A stretch of DNA of 32,342 bases from Candidatus Competibacter sp. (GCA_031732875.1 JAVMKL010000101.1:1-32342); one strand, 5' to 3'. Positions 1 to 9,271 are shown, counted from the first letter of the stretch. The notes: generated from the letters alone by a model not told the origin. Numbers and translations: made by a program.

Positions 1-182
1 CGCTGGCGGTCTGGGTGGGTGGAACGCTGGCGCTGGCGCTGACCTCGGCGCTGGGCGTGCTGGCGGGCCAGACTCTGTTGCGGCGTCTGCCGCTGCGCTT
101 GCTACACCTGGTTGGCGGCGCGCTGTTCCTGTTGCTGGCGGCGCTCGCCGGCTGGCGGGCCTTCGCCGCCCTGGCCGGGTGA
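1..182 (+). CDS. 3' end of an upstream integral membrane protein (partial; possibly UPF0016/GDT1-like). Ends ...LHLVGGALFLLLAALAGWRAFAALAG*
   Basis: Open in frame 3 from the window edge to TGA at 180-182. Hydrophobic, Gly/Leu/Ala-rich, helix-like translation. Family assignment is a guess from the C-terminal motif style. Confidence 0.35.
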   Translation, partial: LAVWVGGTLALALTSALGVLAGQTLLRRLPLRLLHLVGGALFLLLAALAGWRAFAALAG

Positions 183-1179
183 GTGGAGGCGCCGCTCCAA
201 TGATCCGACAGGCGCAACCGGTTTCCGTCCATCCGTCCATCCGTCCGACGGCGCTCTCGCGGGCATCCTGAACGCGCTGGGCTGTTTCAGCCTCTGGGGC
301 CTGTTCCCGATCTACTTCAAGCTGCTCCAGCACGTCCCGGTGCTGGAGGTGCTGGCGCACCGCATCCTAGGGTCCGCGCTGCTGCTGCTGGCGCTGATTC
401 TGGCCCAAGGGCGCGGACGCGCCTTGTTGGCCGAATTCCGCAACCAAGACCGCCTCGGCTTCCACCTGCTCACCACCCTGCTGATTTCCGCCAACTGGTT
501 GCTGTACATCTGGGCGGTACAGAACGGCCGAATTCTGGAAGCCAGCCTCGGTTATTACATCAATCCGCTGGTCAACGTCCTGATGGGGGTGCTGTTCCTG
601 CGCGAGCGGCTGAACTGGCGCCAGTCGGCCGCAGTGCTGATCGCCGCCGCCGGAGTGCTGGTTCTGGTGATCGGCCACGGCGTGTTTCCCTGGATTTCCC
701 TGATCCTGGCGTTCAGCTTCGGCGGTTACGGCATGTTGCGCAAGAAAGCCGGTCATAACCCAACCCTGGGTCTGTGCGTGGAAACCGCCCTGATGGCGCC
801 CGTGGCCCTGCTGTTCCTGACGGCGCTCGCGGGGCTCGGCGCCGGCGCGCTGAGCATGAGCGACGGGCGAACCGACCTGTTGCTGCTGGTCGCCGGCCCG
901 GTCACGGTCGTCCCCCTGCTGATGTTCCTGGAAGCCACCCAGCGCCTGCGCCTGTCAACCGTCGGGCTGATCCAGTACCTGACCCCTACCCTGCAATTCC
1001 TGCTGGCGATCACCCTCTACCACGAACCTTTCACCGACATTCACCTGGCGGCGTTCGGCTGCATCTGGCTGGCTCTGACGCTCTACAGCGCCGATGCCTG
1101 GTTCCTTCACCACCGCCGGGATCGCTGGGATCGCCGGGCCGCCGGGCTTGTCCTGCCGTGCCGCGACGCCCGCCCATGA
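112..1179 (+). CDS. rarD: RarD / EamA-family (DMT superfamily) permease
   Basis: Translation ...LGCFSLWGLFPIYFKLL...HRILGS...NWLLYIWAVQNGRILEASLGYYINPLVNVLMGVLFLRERL...RLRLSTVGLIQYLTPTLQFLLA... aligns along its length with E. coli RarD. No ATG/GTG/TTG lies in frame between the upstream stop (180-182) and the conserved N-terminus, so the only canonical start is TTG at 112. That start overlaps the upstream gene, so the true start is uncertain and may be a rare codon near ~230-260. Confidence 0.8.
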   Translation: MAARCSCCWRRSPAGGPSPPWPGEWRRRSNDPTGATGFRPSVHPSDGALAGILNALGCFSLWGLFPIYFKLLQHVPVLEVLAHRILGSALLLLALILAQGRGRALLAEFRNQDRLGFHLLTTLLISANWLLYIWAVQNGRILEASLGYYINPLVNVLMGVLFLRERLNWRQSAAVLIAAAGVLVLVIGHGVFPWISLILAFSFGGYGMLRKKAGHNPTLGLCVETALMAPVALLFLTALAGLGAGALSMSDGRTDLLLLVAGPVTVVPLLMFLEATQRLRLSTVGLIQYLTPTLQFLLAITLYHEPFTDIHLAAFGCIWLALTLYSADAWFLHHRRDRWDRRAAGLVLPCRDARP

Positions 1180-2102
1180 ACCCGCAATCAGGCAATATCC
1201 AGCTTCGCATCATCGGGCTATTGTTTCTGATCATCGCGCTGTTCGTGGCTGGATTGACGGTCATGAAAAACGCCGAACTCGAACGGCTTGCCTTGCTGGA
1301 GCGGAACGCGGCGGGCGAACGGGCGACGCTGTTCGACAAGTTGCTGGCGCTCAAGGGACAAACCCTGAAAAACTACGCTTTCGACTACAGCGTCTGGGAT
1401 GAAATGGTCGCGTTCGTCCGGAGCAAGGACCTGGAATGGGCGCGGATCAACCTGGATGAAACGCTGGCCAGCCAGAAACTGGCGGTTGCCTGGGTTTATA
1501 GCACCGATTTCGAACCGCTTTACGTCACCCGGAAACCGGTTCGAGTCCTGTCCTCAGCGGGACCCGCGCCGCCGGCCGCGATCCGCGACTGGTTGCGCGA
1601 CCGGCCGTTCCAGCACTTTTTCATCGATACCGCCACGGGCTTGCTGGAAATTCGCGCCGCGCCGATCCAGCCCAGCGCGGATACCCAGCGCCAGACACCG
1701 GCGCAAGGCTATCTGCTGGTCGGCCAGTTCTGGGACGCCGAGTATCTGGAAAGCCTGTCGGAACTCATCGGCGGGACGGTGACGCTGCAACCGGCCACCG
1801 CGACCGCGGAACAGATGATCGACCGGGCCAGCGCAGCGTCACGCTCGTGCCACAGGCTCGACACCAGGCTTGTCGTTGGCCATAGCTGCCGCCGTTTCTC
1901 ACCAATGCCCCCTCAGAGAAGGTCACCCCGTAGTATCGGCACGCCCGATTGGGGCAGTAGCGCGTCTGCCAGTCCAGCGTTGCCTCGCTGGGCCACGGAC
2001 AGTTGCTCGGCGCAGGATAGGCAGCAGCGCTCTACAGGGGCGGACCCATCAAGGCCATCGAGGGACACTACCAGATTTCACATGAAACATGACGCTGGCT
2101 AA
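1176..2102 (+). CDS. Membrane-anchored periplasmic sensor-like domain protein (N-terminal TM helix plus ~200-aa sensor domain). The C-terminal ~90 aa look non-protein-like, so it is probably a truncated or pseudogenised sensor.
   Basis: ATG at 1176 overlaps the rarD stop (ATGA). N-terminus MNPQSGNIQLRIIGLLFLIIALFVAGLTV is a signal-anchor. This is followed by a conserved-looking domain (KNYAFDYSVWDEMVAFV...LAVAWVYSTDFEPLY...GYLLVGQFWDAEYLESLSELIGGTVTLQP). After ~aa 225 the translation becomes low-complexity R/S/P-rich, with no output domain. Confidence 0.45.
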   Translation: MNPQSGNIQLRIIGLLFLIIALFVAGLTVMKNAELERLALLERNAAGERATLFDKLLALKGQTLKNYAFDYSVWDEMVAFVRSKDLEWARINLDETLASQKLAVAWVYSTDFEPLYVTRKPVRVLSSAGPAPPAAIRDWLRDRPFQHFFIDTATGLLEIRAAPIQPSADTQRQTPAQGYLLVGQFWDAEYLESLSELIGGTVTLQPATATAEQMIDRASAASRSCHRLDTRLVVGHSCRRFSPMPPQRRSPRSIGTPDWGSSASASPALPRWATDSCSAQDRQQRSTGADPSRPSRDTTRFHMKHDAG

Positions 2103-2167
2103 ACTTTATCCAGGCGAGAAGCGACCGTGGAACCGGGCATCCGCCCGTTTGGTTTCGACCGTGTTCC

Positions 2168-3184
2168 ATGATGGAGAGCAAGCCGATGCGTTGTCCGGAG
2201 TGCAAACATACTCAGAAGTACCGGGAGGGAACTCGGTGTCAAAAGTGCCGCTATCAATTTATCTTCCGAAAAAGCACGGACGGGATCAGCGACTTCGCTT
2301 TCCGTCAGATGATCCAGCGCCTGTCGGAGGGCGGCCAGCAGGCGTTCACTGCCACGCAACTCGCGCTGGAAATCTGCCGGAGCTGGCGCAAAAAAACCGC
2401 TGGACTGATCGGTTGCGGCGTGGTGGCCGCGGTGATCGCGGTGATCGTCGGTTTGATTCTGAACATCGCCAGCGGAGCGGGTGCCTTCCTCATTTTGTTG
2501 CCGGTTGCCATCTGGGTCGGCTTCCGGAGCAAACGCACGTTCCCTTTCCACAAGGCCCGCGATCTCATGGATCGCTACCACCAGGCTCACCCCATCACCG
2601 CCCTGGCGGACGGTCGGGCTTTCCGACAGCAAGCCGCGAGGGTCGATCCTCAAGAATTACAATACGCGCCCGAGCGGATTCTGGTGGTGGAACGCGACGA
2701 TCTGGTGGATATGCTGATTCGCAATCGCTTCCACCTGAACCATAAAACCGCCGTGGTCAGCCGCTCGGGCTACCCGGAACGGGTGTTTGCGGCCTGCCGG
2801 GAATTTCTGCGAAACCACCCCAATACGCTGGTGCAGGTGCTCCACGATGCTTCCCTGCCAGGATTCGGCCTGACCGCGCGACTGGCCGCCGATCCCAAAT
2901 GGGAATTCGCGCGCCAGCACCTGGTCGATCTGGGCATTTCCCGGGCGGTGCTCGACAACGGCTCCTCCCTGCCCTGGCTACCGCCGGACAGCTCCCGTGG
3001 CGGTGGAGCCTTCAGCGCCAACCCCGCCAAAATGCTGCGTGCCGGTCGCCGGGTTCCCGTGGACTACATCGGGCCAAAGCCGCTGCTCAATCTGCTGGGG
3101 GCGGCGGTGGTCGGCGGCGCCTTGTTGCTGACGCCGGAGATGCTGAACGCGGTCGAAGCGGGAGTGGAAATCGATTATGGCTGA
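2168..3184 (+). CDS. Hypothetical protein: N-terminal zinc ribbon (CPEC...CQKC), two TM helices, ~200-aa C-terminal domain of unknown function
   Basis: ORF with a CxxC-x15-CxxC pair near the N-terminus, then hydrophobic stretches (GLIGCGVVAAVIAVIVGLILNIA / FLILLPVAIWVGF). High third-position GC supports coding. The start could be ATG 2168 or ATG 2186 (GAGAG 6 nt upstream). Confidence 0.55.
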   Translation: MMESKPMRCPECKHTQKYREGTRCQKCRYQFIFRKSTDGISDFAFRQMIQRLSEGGQQAFTATQLALEICRSWRKKTAGLIGCGVVAAVIAVIVGLILNIASGAGAFLILLPVAIWVGFRSKRTFPFHKARDLMDRYHQAHPITALADGRAFRQQAARVDPQELQYAPERILVVERDDLVDMLIRNRFHLNHKTAVVSRSGYPERVFAACREFLRNHPNTLVQVLHDASLPGFGLTARLAADPKWEFARQHLVDLGISRAVLDNGSSLPWLPPDSSRGGGAFSANPAKMLRAGRRVPVDYIGPKPLLNLLGAAVVGGALLLTPEMLNAVEAGVEIDYG

Positions 3185-3207
3185 AGACGCGGGAACTCCG
3201 TAACGCC

Positions 3208-5028
3208 ATGTCCTGCCTCTTTGGGTATTGCGGCCCACCGGCGGACGATCTGCTGGCGCGGATGGCGGCGTTGCTGGCGCATCGTTGCCCCATGGACTGG
3301 GAGCGTGTCGGCGGTGCGACCGCAACCGGCGAAACCGTGGAAATCGGCCACGGAATCGCGGCCTGGAACCTGGAATCCCAACTCGCCCGGCGCGGCCACG
3401 ACCTGCTCGGCTACGGCGGCGTCCTGTTCGACGCCGATGCGCTGGCCGGGTCGGGCGATCCAAAAAGCCGGGCCACCGACCGGTTGCTGGCCAACCTGCG
3501 CCAGGAGACCGCTATTGATTACCCGCTCGAACGCCTGACCGGAGCGTTCGTCCTGGTCCTGAGCCGGGGTGACTCCGTTTATCTGGCACGCGATCCCGCT
3601 GGCGTGAAAGTCCTGTACTGGACCGTGCGGCAGGGCCGACTGCTGTTCGCCAGCGAGATCAAGGCCCTGTTCGCCGATCCCGCCGTGCCCCGCCGGATGC
3701 GCGCTGGGGCGCTGCCGGAATATCTGACGTTCAGTTTCGTGCCCGGCGCCGGCACGATGTTCGAAGGCATCGAGGAATTGCAGCCCGGTTCCATCCTGCG
3801 CTTTCGCCAGGGTCGGGCGTCGGTGCGCCGGCATTTCCGCTTTGAGGAACTGGAAGCGGAATCCCCGCGCCCGCCCGAGGAATACCCCGCTCTGGTGCGC
3901 GCCGTCCTCGAACGATCGGTGGCCGAATGCCTGGCGCTCGGTCCCGAAAAACCGCCCGCCTTATTCCTGTCGGGCGGCATCGATTCCAGCGCGGTCCTGG
4001 CCGTCGCCGCCCGACAGCGACCACAGGCGCCCATTCCGACCTTCTCGGTGCATTTCGGGGCGGAATACGCCCGGGAAAACGATTTCGTGCAATTGATGGT
4101 GGATCGCTATCGCACCGAGCACCACTGGCTGGAAGTCCGTCCCGTCGGCTTCCTCGAACGGATGCGGGAGATCGTTTGGCGGCTGGACGATCCCATCGGC
4201 GATCCGGTGACCGTGCCCAACTACCTGCTGGCGCAAGCAGCGGCCCGAGTCGCCGATGTGGTATTGAACGGGGAAGGCGGCGATCCCTGCTTCGGCGGTC
4301 CGAAGAATCTGCCCATGCTGCTCGCCCGGCTGTACGGCCCCTTGCCGGGGGAGCCCGCCGGCGGCTGGCTGGAACGCAACTATCTGCGGGCTTTTCAACG
4401 ATGTTACCAGGACCTGGGCATCTTGCTGGATCCCGCGCTGTTGCGGGACGCCGGCGGCGATGAGGCGATGATTGGCCTGCTGGAACCGTTTTTCCAGGCT
4501 TCCCGGCCGCGCGATTTCGTCAACAAACTGATGGCCATGAATATCCGGCTCAAGGGCGCCAACCTGATTCTGGTCAAGGTGGAAAAAATGACGGCGGCGA
4601 ACGGCGTGCTGGCCCTGCCGCCGCTGTTTTCCCGGCGGATCATCGAAACCAGCATGATCTGCCCGTCGGGCGCCAAACTGGAAGGCGCGGTGGAAAAAAG
4701 CGTCCTCAAGAAAGCCGTGCGGGATGTGGTGCCGGACGCCATCGTGGCCCGACCCAAGTCGGGGATGATGGTGCCCGTGCGGTTCTGGTTTCAGGGCGAC
4801 CTGCGCCGCTACGGAGAGAAGCTGCTCGCCCGCCAGAATCTCCAGCGCTGCGGCTTTTTCAACCCCGACTACGTCAAACGGCTGGTGAATTACGAGATGG
4901 AGGGCGTCCCCGGTCTGCGGCATGGCCTGAAACTCTGGATGCTCATCACGTTTCTGCTCTGGCACGAGCAGATGGTCGAGGCACCGTTGCCGCCCCAATC
5001 GGCGCCGCGGTTGCGGGAAGCACGGTGA
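3208..5028 (+). CDS. Asparagine synthetase B-like amidotransferase (PP-loop ATP pyrophosphatase domain intact; N-terminal class-II glutaminase domain degenerate)
   Basis: SGGIDSS PP-loop motif; strong AsnB-like blocks (FVLVL...LARDPAGVKVLYW...LLFASEIKAL; HRCP ~ HRGPD). The N-terminus is MSCLFG, so Cys is not at position 2, and the NGEIYN block is replaced by GGVLFD. ATG at 3208 lies 24 nt after the upstream stop. Confidence 0.8.
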   Translation: MSCLFGYCGPPADDLLARMAALLAHRCPMDWERVGGATATGETVEIGHGIAAWNLESQLARRGHDLLGYGGVLFDADALAGSGDPKSRATDRLLANLRQETAIDYPLERLTGAFVLVLSRGDSVYLARDPAGVKVLYWTVRQGRLLFASEIKALFADPAVPRRMRAGALPEYLTFSFVPGAGTMFEGIEELQPGSILRFRQGRASVRRHFRFEELEAESPRPPEEYPALVRAVLERSVAECLALGPEKPPALFLSGGIDSSAVLAVAARQRPQAPIPTFSVHFGAEYARENDFVQLMVDRYRTEHHWLEVRPVGFLERMREIVWRLDDPIGDPVTVPNYLLAQAAARVADVVLNGEGGDPCFGGPKNLPMLLARLYGPLPGEPAGGWLERNYLRAFQRCYQDLGILLDPALLRDAGGDEAMIGLLEPFFQASRPRDFVNKLMAMNIRLKGANLILVKVEKMTAANGVLALPPLFSRRIIETSMICPSGAKLEGAVEKSVLKKAVRDVVPDAIVARPKSGMMVPVRFWFQGDLRRYGEKLLARQNLQRCGFFNPDYVKRLVNYEMEGVPGLRHGLKLWMLITFLLWHEQMVEAPLPPQSAPRLREAR

Positions 5029-5103
5029 CGACGCGGTGCCGGCGAAGAACCGCCCTCACTCCCTATCCCCGTCTCAAAGGGCGAGGGGAGCGGGCATTAA
5101 CGA

Positions 5104-5755
5104 CTACCGGGGAGGAATCAGGGTACGGTTGATCATGGGATGATCGTCGTCGCGCGGCCCGAAATCGCTGTCGGGATGCCAAGCGATCACGTCGAGCGAT
5201 TCATCCCGGGTATAAAAGGAATGCAGGCAGCCGGTCGGAATATACCAGCCCATACCCGGCCGCAACGCATGGACGCCGCCGGGCGTGCGGCATTCGCCGG
5301 TTCCCCGCAGGATGACTCCGATCCGGATCGAGGGATGGGTATGCGGCGTTTGGTCGGTTCCGGGTGGAATGTGCAGATGATTCAAACAGGGATCGCCCAA
5401 CCGAGGTGGACAGATCAGAAGCGTGTCGCTGCACCCGTCGATGTAGCGCAGGCGGCCGGTCGTTTCCAGGGGTCCGCCGATCTGGCGCAGCCCCCGGTAG
5501 CCGGTCAATACGATCGCCAGACCGCCGCCGCCGCGCGCCACGCCGCCGTCGGGCAATATGAAAAACATCCCCGCGCTCAAGTCGAAGGGGCCGGTTTCAG
5601 CGTCGCGCAGTTGGGTTCGGCCGGTCGTGACCATGCCGTAGGCGGTCGCGCCACGCGGCAGCGTCAGAGGTTCCTCCGCCCAACCCCAAACCCGGACGGC
5701 GCCCAAGTCCAGCAGCAGACCCGAATCGATCATCAGCGGAGCAAACGCCATCATT
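5104..5755 (-). CDS. Cupin-domain protein (probably a bicupin)
   Basis: Translation has His-rich cupin motifs (HTHPSIRIGVILRGTGE...H). The preferred start is the MMAFAPL... ATG at 5755, which has a GAGG/AGGGA SD. The ORF-track start at 5784 lacks an SD. Confidence 0.65.
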
Positions 5756-5805
5756 TCCCTTGCCTCGACTGGTACATCGCACATAGCCGAATTTCGACAC
5801 GCCCG

Positions 5806-6831
5806 TTATATCGCATCATCTGGCGACAGCTCCTCGCGACCGAACCGGACCAGCACCCCGATCCGCTGTTCCTCCAGCGAGGTCAACTCGACCAAGGCGA
5901 TGGTTTCGCCTGGTTCCGGCGAATCCGGGTCGAGTTTGATGCCGAGCCGGTTGAGCCGCAGGGACAGCGGACGGATCCGAAGGTAGTCCTCCGGCTGGCC
6001 GAGCATCCGCCGCACCTGTTCCAGATAGTCGTCCAGCGTGTTCAATGGCTTGCGGGCGTCGGCCAGATCCTGCTCGGTCCGATCCAGCCGCCGTTCCAAC
6101 TCCGCCAGACGGCGTTCGTCGGGGTCCGCGCTCGATGGCAACGGTCGCGGGCCATGGGCGTTTCCCCGCAACGCGCCCAACTGCGCCCGCAACTGCCGTT
6201 GCTGTTCCTCCAGCGTTTCCCGCCGCGTCCGCAGTTCGACGATCCGATCCCGCGCCCGGCTCGCCAGAAACACCAGCATTCGTTGCCGGAGTTCCTTGCG
6301 CAGATCCGATTCGCTGGCGGCCGGAAAGAACAGCCGGTGGTCCGAGAAGCTGACCTGAATCTGGCGAACTTCGCGGACCAGCATCTCGCCTTCCAGCGCG
6401 GTGCCGAAGGTTTCAGTTTCGTGCATGACCATCAGCATCCAGGCGAAGCACTCCTGCCGGCCGTTCTCCTTGAAAAAAGCCCGCACTTCGGGGTCGCCGC
6501 TCAGGATGGCCCGCAGGTCGTCCGCCGTCGCGAAAAAGGCGTTGACCCGCGGATCCCTGGCCCAGGCGTGGCTGCCGAGAGCCAGCGCTGGCGGCACTTG
6601 TCGCAGCACGCCCTCGCAATGGGCCAAGGCGGTTTCCACGGCGTCCACCAGCTTTTCGGCGTAGTCACCGACCAGCCGGATACGCGGCTCGCTGGCGTCT
6701 ACGATCCGTTCGATGGACTCCCGCATGACCGCCAGCCGCTCCTGGTTCAGGCGGTGCTCGGCCAACTGGTGCTCGGCGAACGCCGTGATGCCGCCGAGCA
6801 CGTGTTGCAGGAAGCCGTGACCGTCGGTCAT
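5806..6831 (-). CDS. Hypothetical protein (341 aa) with a long Arg/Glu/Leu-rich predicted coiled-coil segment; no family recognised
   Basis: Start MTDGHGFLQ at 6831. The upstream part of the 485-aa track ORF is the reverse frame of the HNH gene and is rejected. Same strand as, and 67 nt downstream of, the HNH gene. Confidence 0.55.
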   Translation of the reverse strand: MTDGHGFLQHVLGGITAFAEHQLAEHRLNQERLAVMRESIERIVDASEPRIRLVGDYAEKLVDAVETALAHCEGVLRQVPPALALGSHAWARDPRVNAFFATADDLRAILSGDPEVRAFFKENGRQECFAWMLMVMHETETFGTALEGEMLVREVRQIQVSFSDHRLFFPAASESDLRKELRQRMLVFLASRARDRIVELRTRRETLEEQQRQLRAQLGALRGNAHGPRPLPSSADPDERRLAELERRLDRTEQDLADARKPLNTLDDYLEQVRRMLGQPEDYLRIRPLSLRLNRLGIKLDPDSPEPGETIALVELTSLEEQRIGVLVRFGREELSPDDAI

Positions 6832-6898
6832 TGTCGCTGTCCCCTCTTCCCCACGCGATGGATGCCGAGCCTCGCCCCTTACTACCCCTCGCGCGGAT

Positions 6899-7498
6899 TC
6901 ACGACAATCGGGCCAGCCGCTGGTGCAACGGGCTGGACCGCGGGAAGTGCGCGCGCAGGAAATCCATCTGATCGACCAGCACCCGCCTGCCCTGCAGGTA
7001 GACGTATTCCGCGTGATTGGGCGTGAACGGAATCGCCAGCAACTGCATCCCGGCCTGTTCCGGGGTCTTGCCGCCTTTTTGGTGATTGCAGGGCTTGCAG
7101 GCGGTGACCACGTTGTTCCAGTGATCGCCGCCGCCCTGCACGATGGGCCGGACATGATCGCGGGACAAGTCGCGAACCGGGAAGGTCTCGCCGCAATACA
7201 GGCAGGTATTGCAGTCGCGCCGGAACAGGGAAACGTTCGAGAGCGGTGGGACGTAGTCGTCACGGGCGCGCAGCCGGGCGTAGGTACCGCCCTGGGTGGC
7301 GATGATGGAATTCACCGTGATGACGCTGCGTTGGCCGCTGCGGGCGTTGAAGCCTCCACGAACCGTGTACAGCACCATGCCGCAGGTGTAGGCTACCTGT
7401 TCGGCATAATAAAGCCGAACCGCCTGTTGATAGTCAATCCACTCCAGCGGCATTCCCGTCACGTCCGTATGCAAAACCTGTTGCTCCAGTCCGTACAT
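6899..7498 (-). CDS. HNH endonuclease-family protein
   Basis: CNTCLYCG...HVRPIVQGGGDHWNNVVTACKPCNHQKGGKT is a canonical HNH (Cys4 plus His-Asn-His) signature. AGGTGA SD lies 4 nt upstream of ATG 7498. Confidence 0.8.
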   Translation of the reverse strand: MYGLEQQVLHTDVTGMPLEWIDYQQAVRLYYAEQVAYTCGMVLYTVRGGFNARSGQRSVITVNSIIATQGGTYARLRARDDYVPPLSNVSLFRRDCNTCLYCGETFPVRDLSRDHVRPIVQGGGDHWNNVVTACKPCNHQKGGKTPEQAGMQLLAIPFTPNHAEYVYLQGRRVLVDQMDFLRAHFPRSSPLHQRLARLS

Positions 7499-7815
7499 GC
7501 TTCACCTGTGCCTGTTCCCATCCCCGTGCCGCATTGTCGCCAGTCCACACGAACCTCCGTCGACATCCACCCAATAGACGCGCGAGCGACCCATGGGTTG
7601 CGCGATCGCCGGGAAACTCCGAGTATATTTGAGCCTGTGCTTTTGTGATGGTGAAAGTCTAGGCTACTATTCTACAAGTATCGCGCGTTTCCCGCCGATG
7701 GCGCGCGCGACCACCTCGAATCCCCGATCCCCGGCTGGCTTCGCGCAGGCCTTTTTTCGTGTCAGTTTCCCGGCGGGCGGGCGCCGGGAAGAATAACAAC
7801 CGTGAGGACAACAAC

Positions 7816-8937
7816 ATGCCAGTTCGTATGGCCGTCCCGAAGGAAATCGTTTCGGGCGAACGACGGGTCGCGCTGGACCCGACGATGGCCGAGCGTTTCA
7901 GCAAGCTCGGCGTCGAAATCCTGTTGGAAAAGGGCGCCGGTCTCAGCGCCTTTTTCCCCGATGAGGCTTATGGCAAGAGCAGCCGGCTGGTGGACGGCGC
8001 CCAAGCCCTGTACGCCGAGGCCGACGTGGTGTTCAAGGTGCAGGCGCCGACCCTGGAAGAGGTGGAACTGCTCCGGGATGGCTCGACCCTGTTGGCTGTT
8101 TTGCAAGCGCATCGCAACGTCGAGATGGTCAAGCGGCTGCGCGACAAGAAGATCACCAGTTTCGCCATGGAACTGATCCCGCGCATCTCCCGCGCCCAGT
8201 CGATGGACGTGCTGTCCTCGCAAGCCGCCGTGGCCGGCTACTATGTGGCGTTGCGGGCGGCCATTCTGGCCAGCGGGTTCTTCCCCATGCTGACCACCGC
8301 CGCCGGCACCATCCGCCCCTCCAAGGTCGTCATCGTCGGTGCGGGCGTAGCCGGCTTGCAGGCGATCGCCACCTGCCGCCGGCTCGGCGCGATGGTGGAA
8401 GCCTACGACATTCGTCCCGCGGCCCGGCAAGAGATCGAATCGCTGGGCGCCAAGATGATCGACACCGGAGTCAACGCCGCCGCCGAGGGCGGCTACGCCC
8501 GCGAACTGACGGCGGAAGAGAGGCAGAAACAGGCCGATGTGTTGGCCAAGCACGTCGCCGCCGCCAATGCGGTCATCACCACCGCGGCCATTCCCGGCCG
8601 GGCCGCGCCGAAGATCGTGACCGCCGCGATGGTGGAAACCATGAAGCGCGGCGCGGTGATCGTGGACCTGGCGGCCGAATCGGGCGGCAACTGCGAGCTG
8701 ACCCGTCCCGGCGAAACCCACGAGCACAACGGCGTCCTCATCGACGGCCCGCTCAACATCCCCAGCAGCTTCCCGGTTCCGGCCAGCGAGATGTACGCCA
8801 AGAACTTGTACAACTTCCTGTCGCCGATGATCAAGGACGGCAACCTGAACCTGGATTGGAACGACGAGGTGATCGCCAAGAGCGCGCTGACCCGCGACGG
8901 GCAGATCGTCCACGAACCCACCAGCAAGCTGGTATAA
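7816..8937 (+). CDS. pntAA: NAD(P) transhydrogenase subunit alpha part 1 (dI domain)
   Basis: Translation MPVRMAVPKEIVSGERRVALDP...VVIVGAGVAGLQAI (Rossmann GxGxxG) matches PntAA. GAGGA SD lies upstream of ATG 7816. Confidence 0.9.
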   Translation: MPVRMAVPKEIVSGERRVALDPTMAERFSKLGVEILLEKGAGLSAFFPDEAYGKSSRLVDGAQALYAEADVVFKVQAPTLEEVELLRDGSTLLAVLQAHRNVEMVKRLRDKKITSFAMELIPRISRAQSMDVLSSQAAVAGYYVALRAAILASGFFPMLTTAAGTIRPSKVVIVGAGVAGLQAIATCRRLGAMVEAYDIRPAARQEIESLGAKMIDTGVNAAAEGGYARELTAEERQKQADVLAKHVAAANAVITTAAIPGRAAPKIVTAAMVETMKRGAVIVDLAAESGGNCELTRPGETHEHNGVLIDGPLNIPSSFPVPASEMYAKNLYNFLSPMIKDGNLNLDWNDEVIAKSALTRDGQIVHEPTSKLV

Positions 8938-8956
8938 CAAAATCCGGAGAAGCGTT

Positions 8957-9268
8957 ATGGAAGTCATGAAGCAAGTTGTCGAGTTCTTCTCCCCTATTTA
9001 CATCTTGATGCTGGCCGGCTTTCTGGGCTATGAAATCATCGCCCGGGTGCCGGTTATCCTGCACACCCCGCTGATGTCCGGCACCAACTTCGTTCACGGC
9101 ATCGTGCTGGTGGGCGCGATGGTGGCGCTGGGCCAGGCCGTGACCCCGCTGGAGCAGACCATCGGGTTCCTCGGTGTATTGCTGGGCGCAGGCAACGCGG
9201 TCGGTGGCTATTTCGTCACGGAGCGGATGCTCGAAATGTTCAAGAGCAGCAAGGGCCAGGAGAAGTAA
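8957..9268 (+). CDS. pntAB: NAD(P) transhydrogenase subunit alpha part 2 (membrane dII fragment)
   Basis: 103-aa hydrophobic protein between pntAA and pntB, as expected for the split-alpha organisation. GGAGA SD present. Confidence 0.85.
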   Translation: MEVMKQVVEFFSPIYILMLAGFLGYEIIARVPVILHTPLMSGTNFVHGIVLVGAMVALGQAVTPLEQTIGFLGVLLGAGNAVGGYFVTERMLEMFKSSKGQEK

Positions 9269-9271
9269 GTC

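Noticed and set aside
5029-5103. GC-rich imperfect palindromes (ccctatcccc ... ggggagcggg) between the convergent AsnB-like and cupin genes, considered as a bidirectional terminator
   Set aside because: Stems are interrupted by mismatches and no U-tract is present on either strand, so it is too weak to call.
5140-7026. 628-aa plus-strand ORF spanning the cupin, coiled-coil and HNH region
   Set aside because: It is antisense to three well-supported minus-strand genes. Its translation is Arg/Pro/Ala/Gly-rich low complexity, typical of open antisense frames in high-GC DNA.
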